A stretch of DNA of 64,000 bases from contig OZ024766.1 in assembly GCA_964016885.1 (NCBI GenBank), forward strand, positions 16,492,001 to 16,556,000. Reading direction: 5' to 3'. Shown here in pieces: positions 1-13,000 of the stretch (positions within the stretch are counted from its first letter, which is position 1; each line of letters begins with the position of its first letter). Source of the stretch: Eledone cirrhosa. Taxonomy: Eukaryota. The translations under genes and the position numbers were made by a program. The notes beneath the pieces were generated by a model. The model saw only the letters and a list, made by a program, of their open reading frames with translations, did not search any database and was not told the origin of the DNA.

Positions 1-812
1 GATGGAAGAAGTTTAGGGAACTACTACCACTGCTAGCTGCAAAAGGCTTCTCCCTCAGAATGAAAGGCAGACTGTATGATGCGTGTATCCGAACAGCGAT
101 GTTGCATGGTAGTGAGACCTGGGCGCTGAAGGTGGAAGACTTACGTAGATTAGAGAGAAACGAAGCCTGCATGCTCCGATGGATGTGTAACAGTAATATA
201 CGTGAACGACAAAGCATAAATGAATTGAGAGAGAGACTGAGCATAAGAGGAATCAAATGCTGTGTGCAGGAGAGGCGGTTGCGCTGGTATGGACATGTGA
301 TGCGTATGAAGGATGACAGCTGCATAAAAAGGTGCAGAGCACTAGAAGTTGATGGAAACCGCGGAGTGGGGAGACCCAAGATGACCTGGGATGAGGTGAT
401 AAAAGCCGACCTTACCCAATTACACCTCTCAAAGACAATGACACACGACCGTGACTTCTGGCGTCACGCAGTAATACAGAGTACCCGACCTCCCATGGGT
501 ACATGCTGAAGCATATAAACAATATGCCCCCACACCCCCCACCGCAAGGTGGTCGTGGAGGTGCCACGGCAAAAAAGCACCCAGCCCACACTGTAAAGTG
601 GACGTGTAGGCGCCACGAAAAAGCACCCAGCACTCACTGTAAATGAGGTTGGTGTTAGGAAGGGCATCCAGCTGTAGAAATCAAGCCAGATCAGTTCCTG
701 TATGAGCAAGGCATGGTCAGCCGACCAGACACTGCACACAACAGGACAACCCGTCTAACCCATGCTAGCGTGGAAGAACGGACGTAAAACGGTGATGATG
801 ATGATGATGATG
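1..812 (+). mobile_element. 3' end of an RTE-type non-LTR retrotransposon (ORF2 C-terminus, 3' UTR, (GAT)n tail)
   Basis: ORF 60..509 has KGRLYDACIRTAMLHGSETW, RRLRWYGHVMRM and GRPKMTW, typical of RTE-clade ORF2 C-termini. It ends in (GAT)n at ~793-812, abutting a (TA)n run. Confidence 0.85.
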
Positions 813-821
813 AATATATAT

Positions 822-944
822 ATAGGAAAATCTTTAACCCCGACGGCAGAGCTCAAGCCATTTCGACGGTTATTTCTGGACTGTTTCCAGAAATAGCCGT
901 CGAAACGGATTGAGCTCTGCCGTCGGGGTTAAACATTTTCCTAT
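822..944. repeat. Palindrome A, ~123-bp GC-rich fold-back (MITE-like), copy 1
   Basis: ~59-bp near-perfect inverted arms (ataggaaaat..ctgga / tccag..attttcctat) with a 5-nt loop, flanked by TA. Confidence 0.85.
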
Positions 945-1264
945 TACCCGCTCTACTACCCTAAGTATTGAATACTCTGGTGCGTATATGGTCCATCTGG
1001 TTCTTTACCACACCTCCTTTGTTATATATATATATAAAATTATAAGAAACGAAAGGAGCTGTGTGGTTACTGTAAACAAAGTTTAAGATGGTAATATGGA
1101 TGAAAGGAGAAAATAAACCCTTCATCAGCTGTAAACTGACATCTTAGATGTTTTGGCACATATATATAGAGTTTTTAAATTCTGTACCATACAGATTTGC
1201 CAGCATAAGTCTTGGTTACAACTTCTACAAATAAAATGAACGGAGAATAATTTCAGAACAAACA

Positions 1265-1272
1265 AGTTTTAT
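1265..1272 (-). terminator. Probable poly(A) signal (AATAAA) of ZNF gene 1
   Basis: tttatt on + strand followed on - strand by a GT/T-rich tract; conserved at the same place in all seven cassettes. Confidence 0.5.
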
Positions 1273-1289
1273 TCAAAACATTAACAACA

Positions 1290-1965
<676 letters not shown>

Positions 1966-1967
1966 TG

Positions 1968-3497
1968 TTATGGTTTCTTACCTGTATGGGTATATTTGTG
2001 TTTAGTTAAACTACTTAATTGAGAGAATGATTTACCACAGATATCACAGCGATATGGCTTCTCACCTGTATGGATACGTAAGTGTTTAGGTAAATAACTA
2101 CTTTGAGAGAATGATTTACCACAGATATCACAGTGATGTGGCTTCTCTCCTGTATGTATACGTTTGTGAATAGTTAAATTACTACTAAAAGAGAATGATT
2201 TACCACAGATATCACAGCGATATGGCTTCTCACCTGTATGGGTACGTATGTGACGAGTTAATATACTACTTAGAGAGAATGATTTACCACAGATATCACA
2301 GCGATATGGTTTTTCACCTGTATGTATACGCATGTGTGTAGTTAAGGTACTACTTTTATTGAATGATATACCACAGATATCACAGTGATATGGCTTCTCT
2401 CCTGTATGTATACGTTTGTGACTAGTTAAATTACTACTAAAAGAGAATGATTTACCACAGATATCACAGTGATATGGCTTCTCTCCTGTATGTATACGCA
2501 TGTGTGTAGTTAAATGACTACTTTTATTGAATGATTTACCACAGATATCACAGTGGTATGGCTTGTCTACTGTATGTATACGTTTGTGTCTAGTTAATTT
2601 ACTATTAACAAAGAATGATTTACCACAGATATCACAGCGATATGGTTTCTCTCTTGTATGTATATGTTTGTGTGTAGTTAAATGACTACTTCGAGAGAAT
2701 GATTTACCACAGATATCACAGTGGTATGGCTTGTCTCCTGTATGGGTACGTTTGTGGCTAGTTAAGGTACCACTTTCAGAGAATGATTTACCACAGATAT
2801 CACAGCGATATGGCTTCTCTCCTGTATGTATATGTTTGTGTGTAGTTAAATGACTACTTCGAGAGAATGATTTACCACAGATATCACAGTGATATGGTTT
2901 GTCACCTGTATGGGTACGTTTGTGGCTAGTTAAGTGACTACTTAGAGAGAATGATTTACCACAGATATCACAGTGATATGGCTTCTCACCTGTATGTATA
3001 CGCATGTGTGTAGTTAAGGTACTACTTTGAGAGAATGACTTACCACAGATATCACAGTGATATGGCTTCTCTCCTGTATGTATATGTTTGTGTGTACTTA
3101 AATGAGTATTTCGAGAGAATGATTTACCACAGATATCACAGTGATATGGTTTGACTCCTGTATGTGTACATTTGTGGCTAGTTAAGTGACCACTTTCAGA
3201 GAATGATTTACCACAGATATCACAGCGATATGGTTTCTCACCTGTATGTATACGCATGTGGCTAGTTAATATACTACTTCGAGAGAATGATTTACCACAG
3301 ATATCACAGTGATATGGCTTCTCACCTGTATGGGTACGTATGTGACAAGTTAAAGTACCACTTTGAGAGAATGATTTACCACAGACATCACAGTGATATG
3401 GCTTCTCTCCTCTATCCTTTGACATCTCTTCTGCAATAGCCATATCTTTAGACATTGTTTCACATTTAATCTTCTTTTCACTCAATATATTTTCCAT
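1968..3497 (-). CDS. C2H2 zinc-finger protein 1 (509 aa, 17 fingers)
   Basis: 33-aa leader plus 17 x 28-aa CxxC..HxxxH repeats with TGEKPY linkers; intact ORF. Confidence 0.93.
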   Translation of the reverse strand: MENILSEKKIKCETMSKDMAIAEEMSKDRGEKPYHCDVCGKSFSQSGTLTCHIRTHTGEKPYHCDICGKSFSRSSILTSHMRIHTGEKPYRCDICGKSFSESGHLTSHKCTHTGVKPYHCDICGKSFSRNTHLSTHKHIHTGEKPYHCDICGKSFSQSSTLTTHMRIHTGEKPYHCDICGKSFSLSSHLTSHKRTHTGDKPYHCDICGKSFSRSSHLTTHKHIHTGEKPYRCDICGKSFSESGTLTSHKRTHTGDKPYHCDICGKSFSRSSHLTTHKHIHTREKPYRCDICGKSFFVNSKLTRHKRIHTVDKPYHCDICGKSFNKSSHLTTHMRIHTGEKPYHCDICGKSFSFSSNLTSHKRIHTGEKPYHCDICGISFNKSSTLTTHMRIHTGEKPYRCDICGKSFSLSSILTRHIRTHTGEKPYRCDICGKSFSFSSNLTIHKRIHTGEKPHHCDICGKSFSQSSYLPKHLRIHTGEKPYRCDICGKSFSQLSSLTKHKYTHTGKKP

Positions 3498-4013
3498 AAT
3501 AATTCTTCTTCCCTTGGCAGAATTTACAGATGTTATTCTTTAATATTTTTTATATTATATTCCTAAAAAATATTTCTTCTGTTATATTTCCCTCAATTAT
3601 GATCTCAGTTAATACCTGAAGATGATGCAAACTTCTTTGTCATTGAAGCTGAGTTAAAATACAAGATATATCTCTCATACATATACCACACAGTGAAGAA
3701 AAGGAATTTTGTCTTTAAACTCAGTTCTGAGGAAATATATCACAGTAATTCTGATAGATTTATATAAACAGTGTTATATAAGTTCTGTTTAAAAAGTTTT
3801 AATCTTCAAATGATGATAAATAGAGGTGATGTATCCAAGATTGAAAATAATAATTTATCCCAATGTCATCTGATATTCTGAAATGAAAAAGAAACAGTAT
3901 GAGATAATAGAGAATAGTTAAGAAGCAGAGATAGATTTAACAGTAGAAATTTTACATCTATAAACCCTGGAAACTTTTTATTGAAAAATCAAATTATTTT
4001 AGTTTTTAACTAG

Positions 4014-4460
4014 TTACAAGAAATCTTCCTCCACACCTGCAACCAGGAGTGCATCTGGGGTTCTCTTCTCTTCAGAGAGATGGAGAGAATACTTTGCTGA
4101 TCTCCCAAACCCAATCACAACAGCATCTTCGGATGTATATGAGGTGAATCTGATAGCGGTGACTAATCTCTCGGAGGCTGAGGTCACAAGAGCAATTATA
4201 GAGCTCAAATGTGACCGACTCATGTGTGTCAGATGGCCTGGGTCTCTGAAATGGCACTCAAGCAATGCAATCGAGAGTGATAATCCCAACTTATAAAAAG
4301 CGAGTCCAAGCTAGCTGATGGACAGTGCTGTTTTTTCCCTGGGTACAACATAACCCACCAAATATTCACACTGTGGCAGGTCTTTGAGAAATCGTGGGAG
4401 TATTGCTAAGAGGTATATATTATCGTTTTATAGACCTTGAAAATGCATATGATCGCATTC
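4014..4460 (+). mobile_element. Decayed RTE-type LINE fragment (RT N-terminal part)
   Basis: RWREYFADL, EVTRAIKELK and IDLENAYD motifs with stops. Fuller copies elsewhere show VIIPIYKKGD..RG.TL..PGKVYAK; this copy has an internal deletion near 4300. Confidence 0.8.
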
Positions 4461-4600
4461 TTCAGGACCTGCTGAGCATACAGGAGTTCCCATGGGCAGC
4501 CAGTCTTAAACATCTCTGTTATAGGCTGCAGGACGATAATAACTAAGTGAGGGCTAAGAACAGAGCCCTGGTGGACACCAGACTACACTCCAAATTCTTC
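4461..4600 (-). mobile_element. Second, oppositely oriented RT fragment
   Basis: Minus strand reads GVHQGSVLSPHLVIIVLQPITEMFKTGCPWELLYAQQ, the RT QG..LSP and YADD region with the catalytic DD lost. Confidence 0.8.
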
Positions 4601-4603
4601 ACT

Positions 4604-4791
4604 ATAATTGTTTCTATTTTAAACACAAGGCCAGCAATTACCCAGTACATTACTGGTACTTTATTTTATCGACCCCGTATGGATGTAAGGCAAAGTTAAC
4701 CTCGGCGGGATTTGAACTCAGATCATAAAGGGACGTAACTCTGTGCTTCAAAGCATGGTGTCCGACTCTCTACCGATACTGCCACTTCACT
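4604..4791 (-). mobile_element. tRNA-derived CORE-type SINE
   Basis: Minus strand has A-box TGGCAGTATCGG, B-box GAGTTCAAATCC and CORE-like gccttacatccatacggggtcgataaaataaagtaccag. Copies at ~20239-20427, 28005-28193, 37047-37234, 48549-48737 and 59436-59623. Confidence 0.75.
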
Positions 4792-5024
4792 ATAATGAAT
4801 GTTAATCCTGACATTGCTGACTGCTCTTCTATACATGGCTTTATGATCCTGTATACAAGACATGTATCAGACGGTTATTCAGCTAGCTCTTTAGAGTATT
4901 AGAACCTTATTATGTACAGCCACCGAGATCCCACACCAACAGATGTCCCTTCACCATCAAAGCAGATTTAGAATAAAATAGACAAAATATTAATTTACTT
5001 GAATTAAATAGACGTTTAAATTTA

Positions 5025-5520
5025 CATAATTAAATAGACGGAGGTAATTTAATTAATAAAAATATCTTTAACTTACTTAAAGCAATGACAAAGTACAGCT
5101 AAATATAAACTATATTTTATAATGTAAGGTAGTGAACAAGATAATTAAATAGACGGAGGTAATTTAGATAACAAAAATATCTTTAATTTACTTAAATTAA
5201 TTTACAAGGTACAGCTAAATATAAACTATATTTTATAATGTAAGGTAGTGAACCACATAATTAAATAGACGGAGGTAATTTAGATAATAAATATATCTTT
5301 AATTTCCTTAAAGCAATAACAAGGTACAGCTAAATATAAACTATATTTTATAATGTAAGGTAGTGAACAAGATAATTAAAAAGACGGAGGTAATTTAAAT
5401 AATAAATATATCTTTAATTTACTTAAAGCAATAACAAGGTACAGCTAAATATAAACTATATTTTATAATGTAAGGTAGTGAACCACATAATTAAATAGAC
5501 GGAGGTAATTTAAATAATAA
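5025..5520. repeat. ~115-bp AT-rich intronic minisatellite (~4 copies)
   Basis: gacggagg recurs at 5037, 5152, 5268, 5383 and 5498. Confidence 0.9.
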
Positions 5521-5658
5521 AGACAGTCATGATAACAATATATTTTATATCACATGTAACAGTGGAATCTGGTTAATTACTGAATCGTTGTATGGTTCAA
5601 ATAATTATATTATTTACACACATTAATATAGACATTAAGTAAATCTTTGTCAACTTAC

Positions 5659-5900
5659 CTCCTTCACATATAATCAATGTATTGTGTTGTTAGTTGTTAC
5701 TAAACAACCAAAGAAATAATCTCTTTGTTATCAATTTAGAAGTTTCAATGTTATCAGCTTTATTTCACGACATTAACGTTGGTGTATCTTCTTCATCTTT
5801 AGTCATAAATTGATATCTTGTCAGAATGAAGTAGTGAGGCTGACTTTATGTCTTTAGCTACAGATTAGATAGGAAATATATATATATTAGGTTGATATGT
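5659..5900 (-). promoter_or_regulatory. Putative non-coding exon 1 and core promoter of ZNF gene 1
   Basis: Non-TE sequence conserved across cassettes immediately 5' of the donor site; Inr-like TCATTC at 5824-5829 (-). The start site is not established. Confidence 0.35.
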
Positions 5901-6270
5901 GGTCTAAAATATATATATTGTCTATAAATGACTGAGAGCAGATGTTCTGGTGAAATAGTAGTTTTACTACTACAGATTGTAATGGAACTCTTAGTAGACA
6001 CAATTGTAAAGTAAGAATAGATATAACAGTGTAAGACAGATGTCGGGGAATTAAAATTGTGTGTGTGTATATATATATAATTGTTACACAAGATATAATT
6101 AGATTAATTAAAGTTATAACGAAGACAGCAGGTACTCGGTGTCTTAGCGAATGTTTCGACTCTCGTAACGGTGTCAAACATTAAAAGTCCCTGATATAAT
6201 TTAATACCTTCAGACACATTTCCAGTCGTATTTAATTCTATAGTGATGTGATTTATTAAAAAGAAATGTG

Positions 6271-6660
6271 ATAATTGTTTCTATTTTTTGGCACAAGGCC
6301 AGCAATTACTGGTACTATATTTAATCAACCCCGTAATAACTGTTTCTACTTTAGGCACAAGGCCAGCAATTACACCAATGTATTACTGGTACTTTATTTT
6401 ATCAACCCTGTAATAACTGTTTCTACTTTAGGCACAAGGCCAGCAATTACTCCAGTGTATTACTGGTACTTTATTTTATCGACCCCATAATAATTTTTTC
6501 TACTTTAGGCACAAGGCCAGCAATTACCCCAGTGTATGACTGGTACTTTATTTTATCGACCCCGTAATAATTGTTTCTACTTTAGGCACAAGGCCAGCAA
6601 TTACCCTAGTACATTACTGGTACTTTATAATACCGACCCCGTAGGGATGAAAGGCAAAGC
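6271..6660 (-). repeat. 77-bp tandem repeat of a SINE 3' part (5 copies) ending in SINE CORE
   Basis: ggccagcaatt at 6297, 6361, 6438, 6515 and 6592; matches the tail of the intronic SINE. Confidence 0.85.
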
Positions 6661-6695
6661 TAACCTCTGAGGGATTAACTTTGCTTTTCATCCTT

Positions 6696-7087
6696 ATCTC
6701 TATACATATAGAAAATGGACAGAGTGTGTACTTCACTGAAACCACTGCTCATCAGTTGACACCAGCACCACCTGACACTACTCTAACTGCTTTTTTGAAA
6801 CTCTGCCAGAATAAAGAATTTGTTCGATCCCTCCTATATGCTGACATCCCAAAATACTACACCTGGACCAATTGTAAGACTTGGAATCAAAGGAAGCAGG
6901 GTCATTTAGTGGAAGGTGATGAAGTCAAGGCAAGTGATGCTATTGGGCATGTTTACAATGACCACCCCAACAACAGAGAGTTTTTATTTACAGCCACTTC
7001 TGCTTATTGTTCAAGGACCAACGTCATTTGAGGATCTCAGGTGATTTGGTGGAAGAGTGCAGCAATTAACAAGAAGCATCTAAAGGA
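6696..7087 (+). mobile_element. Helitron RepHel fragment, 5' part (between Rep and helicase domains)
   Basis: HIENGQSVYF..PPDTTLTAF..LLYADIPKYYTW..SDAIGHVY..HPNN..GPTSFEDLR resembles the animal Helitron consensus HLENGQRVYF..TTLTAFF..VPKYYTW..GRVYTVHP..GPTSFEDLR; frameshifted here. Confidence 0.85.
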
Positions 7088-10000
7088 CATCAACTCCTGC
7101 ATGGCAATTGACATTGGAAGAAGAGACAAGAAGGGGCAGTCACTGGAGTAGCCAGTTAAATAAGACAGCCATGGACACCTGTATGACAACTGACATTGGA
7201 AGAAGAGACTAGAAGGAGCAGTCACTGCAGTAGCCAGTTAAATAAGACAGCCATGGACACCTGTATGACAACTGACATTGGAAGAAGGGACTAGAAGAGG
7301 AAATCACTGGAGTAGCCAGTTAAATAAGACAGCCATGGACTCCTCTATGACAACTGACATTGGAAGAAGAGAGTAGAAGGAGCAGTCACTGCAGTAGCCA
7401 GTTAAATAAGACAGCCATGGACACCTGTATGACAACTGACATTGGAAGAAGGGACTAGAAGGAGCAGTCACTGGAGTAGCCAGTTAAATAAGACAGCCAT
7501 GGACACCTGTATGACAACTGTTATTGGAAGAAGAGACTAGAAGGAGCAGTCACTGCAGTAGCCAGTTAAATAAGACAGCCATGGACTCCTGTATGACAAC
7601 TGACATTGGAAGAAGGGACTAGAAGGGGAAATCACTGGAGTAGCCAGTTAAATAAGACAGCCATGGACACCTGTATGACAACTGACATTGGAAGAAGAAG
7701 AGACTAGAAGGAGCAGTCACTGGAGTAGCCAGTTAAATAAGACAGCCATGGACACCTGTATGACAACTGACATTGGAAGAAGAAGAGACTAGAAGGAGCA
7801 GTCACTGGAGTAGCCAGTTAAATAAGACAGCCATGGACACCTGTATGACAACTGACGTTGGAAGAAGAAGAGACTAGAAGGAGCAGTCACTGGAGTAGCC
7901 AGTTAAATAAGACAACCATGGACACCTGTATGACAACTAACATTGGAAGAAGAAGAGACGAGAAGGAGCAGTCACTGGAGTAGCCAGTTAAATAAGACAG
8001 CCATGGACACCTGTATGACAACTGACATTGGAAGAAGAAGAGACTAGAAGGAGCAGTCACTGGAGTAGCCAGTTAAATAAGTCAGCCTTGGACACCTGTA
8101 TGACAACTGACATTGGAAGAAGAAGAGACTAGAAGGAGCAGTCACTGGAGTAGCCAGTTAAATAAGACAGCCATGGACACCTGTATGACAACTGACATTG
8201 GAAGAAGAAGAGACTAGAAGGAGCAGTCACTGGAGTAGCCAGTTAAATAAGACAGCCATGGACACCTGTATAACAACTGATATTGGAAGAAGGGACTAGA
8301 AGGAACAGTCACTGGAGTAGCCAGTTAAATAAGACAGCCATGGACACCTGTATGACAACTGACATTGGAAGAAGAGACTAGAAGGAGCAGTCACTGGAGT
8401 AGCCAGTTAAATAAGACAGCCATGGACACCTGTATGACAACTGACATTGGAAGAAGAAGAGACTAGAAGGAGCAGTCACTGGAGTAGCCAGTTAAATAAG
8501 ACAGTCATGGACACCTGTATAACAACTGACATTGGAAGAAGGGACTAGAAGGAACAGTCACTGGAGTAGCCAGTTAAATAAGACAACCATGGACTCCTGT
8601 ATGACAACTGGCATTGGAAGAAGGGACTAGAAGGAGCAGTCACTGGAGTAGCCAGTTAAATAAGACAGCCATGGACTCCTGTATGACAACTGACATTGGA
8701 AGAAGGGACTAGAAGGAGCAGTCACTGGAGTAGCCAATTAAATAAGACAGCCATGGACTCCTGTATGACAACTGACATTGGAAGAAGGGACTAGAAGGAA
8801 CAGTCACTGGAGTAGCCAGTTAAATAAGACAGCCATGGACTCCTGTATGACAACTGAGATTGGAAGAAGGGACTAGAAGGAGCAGTCACTGGAGTAGCCA
8901 GTTAAATAAGACAGCCATGGACTCCTGTATGAAAACTGACATTGGAAGAAGGGAATAGAAGGAGCAGTCACTGGAGTGGCCAATTAAATAAGACAGCCAT
9001 GGACTCCTGTATGACAACTGACATTGGAAGGAGAGACTAGGAGCAGTCACTGGAGTGGCCAATTAAATAAGACAGCCATGGACACCTGTATGACAACTGA
9101 CATTGGAAGAAGAGACTAGAAAGAGCAGTCACGGGAGTGGCCAGTTAAATAAGAGAGCCATGGACTCCTGTATGACAAGTGACATTGGAAGAAGGGACTA
9201 GAAGGAGCAGTCACTGTAGTAGCCAGTTAAATAAGACAGCCATGGACACCTGTATGACAACAAACATTGGAAGAAGGGACTAGAAGGAGCAGTCACTGGA
9301 GTAGCCAGTTAAATAAGACAACCATGGACTCCTGTATGACAACTAACATTGGAAGAAGAGATTTGAAGGAGCAGTCACTGGAGTAGCCAGTTAAATAAGA
9401 CAGCCATGGACTCCTGTATGACAACTGACATTGGAAGAAGAAACTAGAAAGAGCAGTCACTGGAGTAGCCAGTTAAATAAGACAGCCATGGACTCCTGTA
9501 TGACAACTGACATTGGAAGAAGAAACTAGAAAGAGCAGTCACTGGAGTAGCCAGTTAAATAAGACAGCCATGGACACCTGTATGACAACTGACATTGGAA
9601 AAAGAGACTAGATGGGGCAATCACTGGAGTAGCCAGTTAAATAAGATAGCCATGGACTCCTGTATGACAACTGATATTGGAAGAAGAGAGTAGAAGGAGC
9701 AGTCACTGGAGTAGCTAGTTAAATAAGACAGCCATGGACACCTGTATGACAACTGACATTGGAAGAAGAGACTAGAAGGAGCAGTCACTGGAGTAGCCAG
9801 TTAAATAAGACAGCCATGGACACCTGTATGACAAGTGACATTGGAAGAAGGGACTAGAAGGAGCAATCACTGGAGCAGCCAGTTAAATAAGACAGCCATG
9901 GACTCCTGTATGTCAACTGACATTGGAAGAAGAGACTAGCAGGAGCAGTCACTGGAGTAGCCAGTTAAATAAGTCAGCCATGGACACCTGTATGACAACT

Positions 10001-13000
10001 GACATTGGAAGAAGAGACTAGAAGGGGCAGTCACTGGAGTAACCAGTTAAATAAGACAACCATGGACATCTGTATGTCAACTGACATTGGAAAAAGGGAC
10101 TAGAAGGAGCAGTCACTGGAGTAGCCAGTTAAATAAGACAGCCATGGACTCCTGTATGTCAACTGACATTGGAAGAAGAGACTAGAAGGAGCAGTCACTG
10201 GAGTAGCCAGTTAAATAAGACAGCCATGGACACCTGTATGACAACTAACATTGGAAGAAGGGACTAGAAGGAGCAGTCACTGGAGTAGCCAGTTAAATAA
10301 GACAGCCATGGACACCTGTATGACAACTAACATTGGAAGAAGGGACTAGAAGGAGCAGTCACTGGAGTAGCCAGTTAAATAAGACAGCCATGGACACCTG
10401 TATGACAACTGACATTGGAAGAAGGGACTAGAAGGGGCAGTCACTGGAGTAGCCAGTTAAATAAGACAGCCGTGGACTCCTGTATGACAACTGACATTGG
10501 AAGAAGAAGTGACTAGAAGGAGCAGTCACTGGAGTAGCCAGTTAAATAAGACAGTCATGGACACCTGTATAACAACTGACATTGGAAGAAGGGACTAGAA
10601 GGAACAGTCACTGGAGTAGCCAGTTAAATAAGACAACCATGGACTCCTGTATGACAACTGGCATTGGAAGAAGGGACTAGAAGGAGCAGTCACTGGAGTA
10701 GCCAGTTAAATAAGACAGCCATGGACTCCTGTATGACAACTGACATTGGAAGAAGGGACTAGAAGGAGCAGTCACTGGAGTAGCCAATTAAATAAGACAG
10801 CCATGGACTCCTGTATGACAACTGACATTGGAAGAAGGGACTAGAAGGAACAGTCACTGGAGTAGCCAGTTAAATAAGACAGCCATGGACTCCTGTATGA
10901 CAACTGAGATTGGAAGAAGGGACTAGAAGGAGCAGTCACTGGAGTAGCCAGTTAAATAAGACAGCCATGGACTCCTGTATGAAAACTGACATTGGAAGAA
11001 GGGAATAGAAGGAGCAGTCACTGGAGTGGCCAATTAAATAAGACAGCCATGGACTCCTGTATGACAACTGACATTGGAAGGAGAGACTAGGAGCAGTCAC
11101 TGGAGTGGCCAATTAAATAAGACAGCCATGGACACCTGTATGACAACTGACATTGGAAGAAGAGACTAGAAAGAGCAGTCACGGGAGTGGCCAGTTAAAT
11201 AAGAGAGCCATGGACTCCTGTATGACAAGTGACATTGGAAGAAGGGACTAGAAGGAGCAGTCACTGTAGTAGCCAGTTAAATAAGACAGCCATGGACACC
11301 TGTATGACAACAAACATTGGAAGAAGGGACTAGAAGGAGCAGTCACTGGAGTAGCCAGTTAAATAAGACAACCATGGACTCCTGTATGACAACTAACATT
11401 GGAAGAAGAGATTTGAAGGAGCAGTCACTGGAGTAGCCAGTTAAATAAGACAGCCATGGACTCCTGTATGACAACTGACATTGGAAGAAGAAACTAGAAA
11501 GAGCAGTCACTGGAGTAGCCAGTTAAATAAGACAGCCATGGACTCCTGTATGACAACTGACATTGGAAGAAGAAACTAGAAAGAGCAGTCACTGGAGTAG
11601 CCAGTTAAATAAGACAGCCATGGACACCTGTATGACAACTGACATTGGAAAAAGAGACTAGATGGGGCAATCACTGGAGTAGCCAGTTAAATAAGATAGC
11701 CATGGACTCCTGTATGACAACTGATATTGGAAGAAGAGAGTAGAAGGAGCAGTCACTGGAGTAGCTAGTTAAATAAGACAGCCATGGACACCTGTATGAC
11801 AACTGACATTGGAAGAAGAGACTAGAAGGAGCAGTCACTGGAGTAGCCAGTTAAATAAGACAGCCATGGACACCTGTATGACAAGTGACATTGGAAGAAG
11901 GGACTAGAAGGAGCAATCACTGGAGCAGCCAGTTAAATAAGACAGCCATGGACTCCTGTATGTCAACTGACATTGGAAGAAGAGACTAGCAGGAGCAGTC
12001 ACTGGAGTAGCCAGTTAAATAAGTCAGCCATGGACACCTGTATGACAACTGACATTGGAAGAAGAGACTAGAAGGGGCAGTCACTGGAGTAACCAGTTAA
12101 ATAAGACAACCATGGACATCTGTATGTCAACTGACATTGGAAAAAGGGACTAGAAGGAGCAGTCACTGGAGTAGCCAGTTAAATAAGACAGCCATGGACT
12201 CCTGTATGTCAACTGACATTGGAAGAAGAGACTAGAAGGAGCAGTCACTGGAGTAGCCAGTTAAATAAGACAGCCATGGACACCTGTATGACAACTAACA
12301 TTGGAAGAAGGGACTAGAAGGAGCAGTCACTGGAGTAGCCAGTTAAATAAGACAGCCATGGACACCTGTATGACAACTAACATTGGAAGAAGGGACTAGA
12401 AGGAGCAGTCACTGGAGTAGCCAGTTAAATAAGACAGCCATGGACACCTGTATGACAACTGACATTGGAAGAAGGGACTAGAAGGGGCAGTCACTGGAGT
12501 AGCCAGTTAAATAAGACAGCCGTGGACTCCTGTATGACAACTGACATTGGAAGAAGGCACTAGAAGGAGCAGTCACTGGAGTAGCCAGTTAAATAAGACA
12601 GCCATGGACTCCTGTATGACAACTGACATTGGAAGAAGAGACGAGAAGGAGCAGTCACAGGAGTGGCCAGTTAAATAAGATAGCCATGGACTCCTGTATG
12701 ACAACTGACATTGGAAGAAGAGACTAGAAGGAGCAGTCACAGGAGTAGCCAGTTAAATAACACAGCCATGGACACCTGTATGACAACTGACATTGGAAGA
12801 AGAGACTAGAAGGGGAATTCATTGGAGTAGCCAGTTAAATAAGACAGCCATGGACACCTGTATGACAACTGACATTGGAAGAAGAGACGAGAAAGAGCAG
12901 TCACAGGAGTGGCCAGTTAAATAAGACAGCCATGGACACCTGTATGACAACTGACATTGGAAGAAGGGACTAGAAGGAGCAGTCACTTGAGTAGGCAGTT

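Larger units (their letters stand above)
3878..5658 (-). other. Predicted 5'-UTR intron of ZNF gene 1
   Basis: Minus-strand donor GAG|GTAAGT (5653-5658) and acceptor tttctttttcatttCAG| (AG at 3878-3879); both conserved in paralogues. Confidence 0.65.

Noticed and set aside
1968-3497. Assigning a vertebrate ZNF or PRDM9 gene symbol
   Set aside because: Lineage-specific finger-only proteins with no PR/SET domain and no orthology evidence.
4014-4289. Minus-strand ~90-100-aa ORFs upstream of each ZNF as a coding exon or effector domain
   Set aside because: They are antisense shadows of the RT fragment inside the predicted intron, with no KRAB/SCAN/BTB motifs.
4690-4791. tRNA gene
   Set aside because: A/B boxes lead into a CORE-like domain and I could not build a cloverleaf; this is a SINE head.
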